Shown here: positions 43,615 to 49,493 of the stretch, piece by piece
Position numbering within the stretch: the first letter of the stretch is position 1
Layout of the letters: each line of letters begins with the position of its first letter
UHGV virus genome: UHGV-1368795
DNA from: a virus
Direction: 5' to 3' (one strand)
Length of the DNA stretch: 49,493 nt
Notes under the pieces: model-generated
Told to the model about the DNA's origin: nothing
Database searches by the model: none
What the model saw: the letters and a program-made list of their open reading frames with translations, nothing else
Program-made: the position numbers and the translations under genes

Positions 43615-44445
43615 TTAGCTAAAGCGCGAACGATTGCGAGAATAATCCAGCGCAACAATATCCGCAGGATTAACATCGGAGTCTGTCATATCGTAAACAC
43701 CAGCGCGGTAGATTGTAGCCACCGTACCACCTGTAACCGCTGTACCGAATGATCCGCTAAGAAGTTGTTTTTTTGTAAACGAAGACGGATATGTTGCTGC
43801 GGTGGCAATCGCCTTTTCAACGACCGGGGAGCCATTAACAAAAAGCTGGCTCTTAACCTGCGTCGAACTAACTTTGTAGGCGTACATGGCCACCTGAGTA
43901 ACTGTTCCAAGTGCGGCCTTCACAGCAGTATCCACGCCGCCAGAGCCGTCCCATGATGCCCCCCATGCCTGAAACTGCATGTTGTTCAGTGCGCCAGAGG
44001 CATTACTGTTTGCCAGAATTCCAGAAAGGGTTGTTGCATCCGCCGCACCACTACCCACTGAAAGTAACGCGCACTGCCGGGCGCTATTCTGTGGGTCATA
44101 TCCCGTCACAGGGATTTTGAACGTCAGGGTGATTAACTGCCTTGTGCATGACGATGGCAAAATAGCGCTATCGGGAAGCAGAATGCGACCCAGATAATGT
44201 CCAGTTGACTTAATGCCGCCACCGTCATAACTCATTGCGTTGCCGACTGTTGCCGAATCATCGGTATAGCAAAAATTTTTTACAACGTCATCCTTGCTGT
44301 AGCCGGATGTTTTATTTCCGCCCGGCCAGGTGCGACCAAAATCCAGCAACAAGCGACACGCATCGTTAATAGCCGCATCACGGTACAGATACTCGCCGCT
44401 CGCCAGAGTGACATTCTCACGTTTCTCAAAAGGACCTGCTGTCAT
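43615..44445 (-). CDS. tail fibre-associated protein (hypothetical, possible second receptor-binding protein)
   Basis: 276-aa Gly/Ser/Thr/Ala-rich ORF downstream of the main fibre gene. Confidence 0.4.
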   Translation of the reverse strand: MTAGPFEKRENVTLASGEYLYRDAAINDACRLLLDFGRTWPGGNKTSGYSKDDVVKNFCYTDDSATVGNAMSYDGGGIKSTGHYLGRILLPDSAILPSSCTRQLITLTFKIPVTGYDPQNSARQCALLSVGSGAADATTLSGILANSNASGALNNMQFQAWGASWDGSGGVDTAVKAALGTVTQVAMYAYKVSSTQVKSQLFVNGSPVVEKAIATAATYPSSFTKKQLLSGSFGTAVTGGTVATIYRAGVYDMTDSDVNPADIVALDYSRNRSRFS

Positions 44446-44460
44446 ATCTATTACTCCGTA

Positions 44461-46737
44461 TTAAAGCCAGCCCTTGCTGACCATGAATTGATTAATGAAA
44501 ATTGCGTTTACCTCAGTGCCAATATACAGTGCGTTAGCCTGAAGTGTCTGGCTGGGATGTAGGTCGTCCTGCCGTAATGAGGTTGGGGTGACGCCATTGG
44601 TAATGTCGGTCACATCCTGTGCATAAGCGGGGTTGTAGTGATTTTTGAAGTTCTGCAACAGGTCAACGCCGCCAATCTCGCAGTAGTTGCCGGGATAGAG
44701 CCGCTTCAGTTCTGAGTTCAGGTACGTGATCTGCGCCTGCCCGGTTGTGCCGTTAACTTCGGTGGCTGTCGGGAATTCCGGCAACACGACAAAGCGGCGG
44801 TTTTGCCTGGTCAGCTTATCAGTGATGGCCTTCATGTCGCTGAGTATTTGCATAATGGAAGAGGCATTATTGCGGCCAATCCACAAAATATTAATAGACT
44901 CGCGATGCTGGTCATAGCGGGTGGCCAGCGGGATATCGCCGATTTCTCTGGTGGTATATGGATATACAATCAACGGCGTCGGACCGGTGACACTGACAGC
45001 GCTCCCCGCTTCTGAGCGTGTGAATATCATCTCAGTCCCGGTCCAGTTAATGACACCATCGACACCAGCGAGGGAGCACCGCAGGCCGTCATTCGCCGCA
45101 ACATCACCAACAATCTGCAATGGGCCAGGTTGTGCTGGCGTCAGCGTCACATCGCCTGACTCGGGAATAACGCCGCCAACGGGCTGGTAGTTTTTGGTGT
45201 AAGCGCCGTTTCTCAGTGCAATTGCTACCGACGTCGCACCGGAGCGCCCGAAGTTGTAGGCTGGATAGCCGGTCAGCTGGCTAAGTTTAAGGCTGAATGA
45301 GGTATTGTTCCCGATGAAGGAATGCCCCCACAGTGCGAGTGTCTTACGACCGTACTCTGAAACGGGCAGCCAGGCGTTATATGGACACATAATTTCTCCG
45401 GCGACGGCATCTGATGATGGGGAATTGAAAACGAAATAGCCAGGTTCGTTATGAACATTTGTGAAGTCGGTGTCTGTAGCGAATACCGACATGCTCGATG
45501 TTTCAAGGTTCAGCACCTTTAGATTATTGTCATCAACGAATGCGCGGAAACTGGCCTCCTCCTCCTTTGGGTACACCTCACCGTCACTTGACAGCCCTTC
45601 GATAATACGGTTGTTAGCGTCAAGTAACCCGGACACCAGCACACTGCCTTCAAATTCAGACGCGTCCGCCAGATACGACTGATACGGTACGCCAGCGATT
45701 GTCAGGTTTTCAACATCAATGACATCAGCCAGTAGAGCCCCCAGCGTCACGTTTTTAAAATATGCCCGATCGCCAACCCAGCCCATCATCCAGCGCAGAT
45801 TTTCAGACACTAATGCACTGTCAAATTTCGCCCCTGCATACTCGTCTGAATTGAGGTAGTCGACGTTATCGACGCTTTTGACCGGAACACCGTTGATAGT
45901 GACCTGCCCGGCCTCAAGCGCTTCGACCTCCGCCTTCGCAGCAGTTAAATCCCCAGTCACGACGAGATTCTTTAACCACAAAACATCGGTGATCCACTTC
46001 CACAGCCAACGTCCGGCACTATCCATCCCCGCAGAATCGGCGCCAGAACCTTCATACTCGTCATCTGAAATGTAGGTTATCTGCTCCAGCAGTTTTATCA
46101 ATGGTTCGACTGACTCATATGACGGCATTTTGCGCCCTGTGGCTTCCAGCGTTCCACCGTTGTTAATTACTTCAACCGCAAGAACACTATCATCAGTATT
46201 GCGGTAATACGCAGTCGAACCTGTAGGAATATTGCCAGCATCGGCATCGGCCTGCGCCGCAGCCAGCGTAGGAAACTCGCGGATGGTCCCTGTTATGGCC
46301 GCTGTACCCGGCTGCTTCGCCTGCAATACGGCCACGCCTGCTTTGTTTTGATACTGCCATGCAGCGGAAAGCGCATCTGGGCCCTGGGCTACCCAGAAAG
46401 ACTGGCCGTCAGTAGTAGCTGCCAACCCTGCAATGGTGCCATCAGGATCGCTGGCAGTCTTATAGAATGTGTATTTGTTCTTTGCATACTCTGAAGCATT
46501 ATTCGCATACTCTTCAGCCTGTGCCGCTGACTGAGCTGCAGCAGCTGCGGAGTTAGTGGCATCTGCTGCACTATTTGCCGCATCTACAGCGCTACCGGTG
46601 GCGGCTGTTGCGGACACCGACGCACTTGATACAGCTACAGATGCGGTGGCTGTCAACTCGTCAACCTGCTGGAAGTTTTCATCCAGTTCGTCCCACGTTA
46701 AGGGCCGACCCAGGTCTGAGCGTTTGATAATGGTCAT
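44461..46737 (-). CDS. tail fibre/tailspike with C-terminal SGNH-hydrolase (esterase) domain
   Basis: The N-terminus is a fibre-like Ala-rich coiled region. The C-terminal SGNH blocks are I WGHSF, II FGRSGAT, III IGRNNAS and V DDLHPS (DxxH). Confidence 0.6.
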   Translation of the reverse strand: MTIIKRSDLGRPLTWDELDENFQQVDELTATASVAVSSASVSATAATGSAVDAANSAADATNSAAAAAQSAAQAEEYANNASEYAKNKYTFYKTASDPDGTIAGLAATTDGQSFWVAQGPDALSAAWQYQNKAGVAVLQAKQPGTAAITGTIREFPTLAAAQADADAGNIPTGSTAYYRNTDDSVLAVEVINNGGTLEATGRKMPSYESVEPLIKLLEQITYISDDEYEGSGADSAGMDSAGRWLWKWITDVLWLKNLVVTGDLTAAKAEVEALEAGQVTINGVPVKSVDNVDYLNSDEYAGAKFDSALVSENLRWMMGWVGDRAYFKNVTLGALLADVIDVENLTIAGVPYQSYLADASEFEGSVLVSGLLDANNRIIEGLSSDGEVYPKEEEASFRAFVDDNNLKVLNLETSSMSVFATDTDFTNVHNEPGYFVFNSPSSDAVAGEIMCPYNAWLPVSEYGRKTLALWGHSFIGNNTSFSLKLSQLTGYPAYNFGRSGATSVAIALRNGAYTKNYQPVGGVIPESGDVTLTPAQPGPLQIVGDVAANDGLRCSLAGVDGVINWTGTEMIFTRSEAGSAVSVTGPTPLIVYPYTTREIGDIPLATRYDQHRESINILWIGRNNASSIMQILSDMKAITDKLTRQNRRFVVLPEFPTATEVNGTTGQAQITYLNSELKRLYPGNYCEIGGVDLLQNFKNHYNPAYAQDVTDITNGVTPTSLRQDDLHPSQTLQANALYIGTEVNAIFINQFMVSKGWL

Positions 46738-47942
46738 ACGATGGTCACCGTGATGTTTGAGGTTGTCCAGCGGGATAATTCGTTAAAGTCAATGGTAACA
46801 TTCGCCGTGCCGCCATTCAACGTCATACTGTTAACGTAACTGTTACCGTATGAGCCAATGACTTTGTTGATGGGTGTGTAAAGCGAACTGTACGGGACTG
46901 TTTCACCAATATCAAACCCGTCTGGCTTAAAACCGTACTCTGTCGGAATCAGACCACCCGCGGCATATTCTATGATTGCGTCCCGAATGAGTGGTTCAAG
47001 GGTTGCCTGAGACGGTAGAGAACCGTCATCTTTAATCTCAATGACTACCATCATGTCCACATATACGGGGCGACTAAATTTGATATCTTTGGTCATTGTC
47101 GGGTAAGTAGGCGACGTGACAGTGACCGTTACTGGTGTACCAGCCTGATAAAGTGTGACACCCGGATTCTTTTTAAGATAGATAGCCATCGCTACATCGT
47201 CGTCCGTGCCACCATCGACGATGGGTGCAATACTGTGACCGGGCTGATCGTTGCTGTCGGTTGTGGCTTCGTCGTTCTCATAGACACGTACGCGGCGTAC
47301 ACCATCCACATTGAACAACTGACCCAGCATTGAATCAACCTGGTTACTACCCGGCAGACCCACAGCTGTTGCTCGTTTAAGGCGTAGTGACCCATCCGAT
47401 TCGGCAGATGTACCGGGTGTTGCTGGAGTAGGGTTATTAACTGATACCAGACCAGCGACTGTGTCCACGATGGTCGTAATGGTATTGGCGTCCGCTTCAA
47501 TTTCGCCAACTGTGGTACATGTGATATCGACCGTTGCGGTGCCAGAACTATCCAGTGTCCACGTCTGGTCGAGCGCGAATCGATAACCTGTCACAGATGA
47601 TTCAAAGCGTGTACCAGCAGGAACCTGAGTGCCGGGGGTACCAGTTAACACGAACCCCGTAACAGTCGATGCGGTACCTTCACTCCTGACGGTACCTGTC
47701 AGCGCGCAAATCACGTCGAGGTCATAGCCACTGGCTTTATTCGGGTCTTTGGAGTTGTACGCCTGTTGTAACACTTCATCGAGCGCGGAGAAGATTTCAG
47801 CATCGTGCGCTATCTTCAACCCATCGGGGGTGGACGGGTCGAGATTCCAGTTACTGTCGATACCCAGATATAACTGTTTTTCTTCGTCGAACCAGTCATT
47901 CTGTGATTTTACGCTATAGCCGGTACTGGTTAATTCAGCCAT
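46734..47942 (-). CDS. baseplate J-like protein
   Basis: 402 aa in the position and at the size of P2 J / Mu gp47. ATGA coupled to the fibre gene. Confidence 0.55.
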   Translation of the reverse strand: MAELTSTGYSVKSQNDWFDEEKQLYLGIDSNWNLDPSTPDGLKIAHDAEIFSALDEVLQQAYNSKDPNKASGYDLDVICALTGTVRSEGTASTVTGFVLTGTPGTQVPAGTRFESSVTGYRFALDQTWTLDSSGTATVDITCTTVGEIEADANTITTIVDTVAGLVSVNNPTPATPGTSAESDGSLRLKRATAVGLPGSNQVDSMLGQLFNVDGVRRVRVYENDEATTDSNDQPGHSIAPIVDGGTDDDVAMAIYLKKNPGVTLYQAGTPVTVTVTSPTYPTMTKDIKFSRPVYVDMMVVIEIKDDGSLPSQATLEPLIRDAIIEYAAGGLIPTEYGFKPDGFDIGETVPYSSLYTPINKVIGSYGNSYVNSMTLNGGTANVTIDFNELSRWTTSNITVTIV

Positions 47943-48282
47943 TCTCGGTCACCGTTAATAATCCGTAGGAGGTCAACACGCTGGCGGTGACCGTATAAGT
48001 TTTGTTGTCGATGTCGAAATCGGTACTAAAACTGGTTAACTGCATGACACCGGGAGTACCCGCGATGCGTTCACGGAGGCGTGCTTCGCGGACATCCATA
48101 GAAGTTTGTTTGTTGAGTATCTCCTGAAACCACGGTGTACCGTCAGTCACATCCCGGAAATACTCACCCAGAAACAGACGCAGGCGAGTACGTATCGTCT
48201 GTTCTATTTCCAGTTGTTCAGTGATGAACATCGAACCCTGGGTAACGATGTCACCATCTTCATCTAATTTACGTACTGTCAT
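47935..48282 (-). CDS. baseplate W/gp25-like protein (uncertain)
   Basis: 115 aa, directly upstream of the J-like gene. Confidence 0.4.
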   Translation of the reverse strand: MTVRKLDEDGDIVTQGSMFITEQLEIEQTIRTRLRLFLGEYFRDVTDGTPWFQEILNKQTSMDVREARLRERIAGTPGVMQLTSFSTDFDIDNKTYTVTASVLTSYGLLTVTENG

Positions 48283-48956
48283 CAGTTATTCGGCCCCGTA
48301 TTAGAACCACCGGAAGCAACGCCACCATGGGTGTGTCCATCAATTTCTTTACCGTTTAAAATAAGTGAACCGGGGGCGACAATATTACCATCTTTATCAA
48401 TTGTCACCCCGTTGATATTTGCGGTTCCATCTGCGAGTAATGTCACGTGGCCATTTGCATTTTTAATCATACATGACGTATCGTTTTTTAACCAGACGTA
48501 CTGTGATGCATCCACGTTGCGCAAGCGAATACCATCATTAACGAAACCGGCTATCAGGTTGTCAAGTGAACGAATTCCCGGTACGAACATTGCGTCCTGT
48601 TTGTGGTGGAAGCGTTTGACGGGATTGGCAGCAATGCCGCCGGTCTGCTTCCATCCATCAATGCAACGTTGACTGAAATGTACCATGCCCTCACAACCGG
48701 GTTTAATCTCGAACTCCAGTACGAAGTCATCGCCCGGGAAACTTACGGGAACGTCCACGATGGGCGGTGGGTCAAACGTAGTTTTAGCGACATCATCGGT
48801 CCGGGTGATTCCCAGTTGAATTTGTGCGCGCTGTGTGTCTGGGTCGAACGTCAGCACGTAACCCGGGATGCAAGTGTACACGTCCTTCATGTTCTCGAAA
48901 AACGTGTCATTGGTGACGTTCTGTAAAAATGAGCGGCGCTGGTTAATGTCGGTCAT
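48282..48956 (-). CDS. baseplate spike/V-like protein (uncertain)
   Basis: The preferred start is ATG 48954-48956 with an AGGAGGG RBS; the track start at 49007 is a TTG. First gene of the baseplate operon. Confidence 0.4.
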   Translation of the reverse strand: MTDINQRRSFLQNVTNDTFFENMKDVYTCIPGYVLTFDPDTQRAQIQLGITRTDDVAKTTFDPPPIVDVPVSFPGDDFVLEFEIKPGCEGMVHFSQRCIDGWKQTGGIAANPVKRFHHKQDAMFVPGIRSLDNLIAGFVNDGIRLRNVDASQYVWLKNDTSCMIKNANGHVTLLADGTANINGVTIDKDGNIVAPGSLILNGKEIDGHTHGGVASGGSNTGPNN

Positions 48957-49493
48957 GTCGCCCTCCTGCGAAAATAATGTCAAGTATACTATTGACACTC
49001 GCGTCAAACAATGTAATTATTTATTTGCAGGCATATAGCACATGTGTCTTTAGCGGTCCGGGGTGTCCTATTCCTTCGCATCAGCGGGTAGCCGGAATGT
49101 GTAGCCAGGCATGCACGAATGCGGTTGGTCACCGCGGCGGTTCGACCAATACAACAGGTGAGGACATTGAGTAGTGCGTACAGGCTCCAGCGTGGTAACG
49201 CACATTCTTCACACGGTGCAGAGCGAAACAGTGTTCTCACCTGTTGTAACCATCGAGTGAGGTGGTCCAATCTTGCTGACGGGTAAGCCGTAAGTGACTG
49301 GAGTAATGTTGTGAAACATAACAACAGTTGCGACGATGGTTTAGAGTTGTGGTGAATGCGCAGGCTGATGCGCGCAGGAAAGCTTCGGAAGAACAAGGTA
49401 CCTGTATACAAGCCGGAGACCAGCACCGGCCACCACAACTGTAAACCATAATCTCTCTGTTGTGCTCCTGCATGTTTGCCCCGGTCTCCGGGG

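Noticed and set aside
43366-43752. 128-aa plus ORF in the tail-fibre gap
   Set aside because: It overlaps a well-supported minus-strand gene by 138 bp. The sequence is non-protein-like (His/Cys/Arg-rich), with no RBS.
49120-49150. tRNA-like GGTTCGA T-loop motif
   Set aside because: The flanking bases do not form a T-stem, and no acceptor or anticodon arms could be built. No tRNA is called anywhere in the window.
49004-49473. ORFs 49004-49438 (-) and 49237-49473 (-)
   Set aside because: The translations are Cys/Trp/Arg-rich and look like junk, with no RBS. The region is better explained as non-coding.

Overview
The window is essentially a whole tailed dsDNA phage genome of about 49.5 kb from a Gram-negative host. 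Host assignment rests on sigma70-like promoters, Shine-Dalgarno-type RBSs, a SAR endolysin and two-component spanins. No tRNA, rRNA or CRISPR array was found. The late and structural genes run on the minus strand. They comprise small and large terminase, portal, a Mu F-like head morphogenesis protein, a protease/scaffold fusion, an HK97-like major capsid protein, neck proteins, sheath-like and tube-like tail proteins, a chaperone G/GT pair, a tape measure candidate, an SLT-domain tail protein, baseplate V/W/J-like proteins, an SGNH-esterase tail fibre and a Gly-rich fibre. Small plus-strand gene islets interrupt this array. The replication and early region lies at 24.8-39.5 kb. It contains DpdA plus a YhhQ-like transporter (7-deazaguanine DNA modification), a PrimPol/SF3 primase-helicase, a DEAH helicase, a VRR-NUC nuclease, a Lar-like anti-restriction protein, a Cas4-like Fe-S nuclease, an SSB-like protein and a family-B DNA polymerase. 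It is followed by a lysis cassette. Three items stand out. The head morphogenesis gene carries an intein whose central region is the codon-aligned antisense of an HTH + Vsr/DUF559-like homing endonuclease gene. At least 11 promoters share a palindromic TTGACG-N4-CGTCAA element overlapping the -35 box. A roughly 120-bp regulatory module occurs twice, each copy next to a paralogous Zn-ribbon regulator gene. Further items are a phage HslV-like Ntn-hydrolase, a G/GT -1 frameshift site, a GIY-YIG/T5orf172 homing endonuclease between twin hairpins, and shared peptide motifs between polymerase and an acidic protein. All calls rest on motif-level reading of the sequence; no database search was possible.
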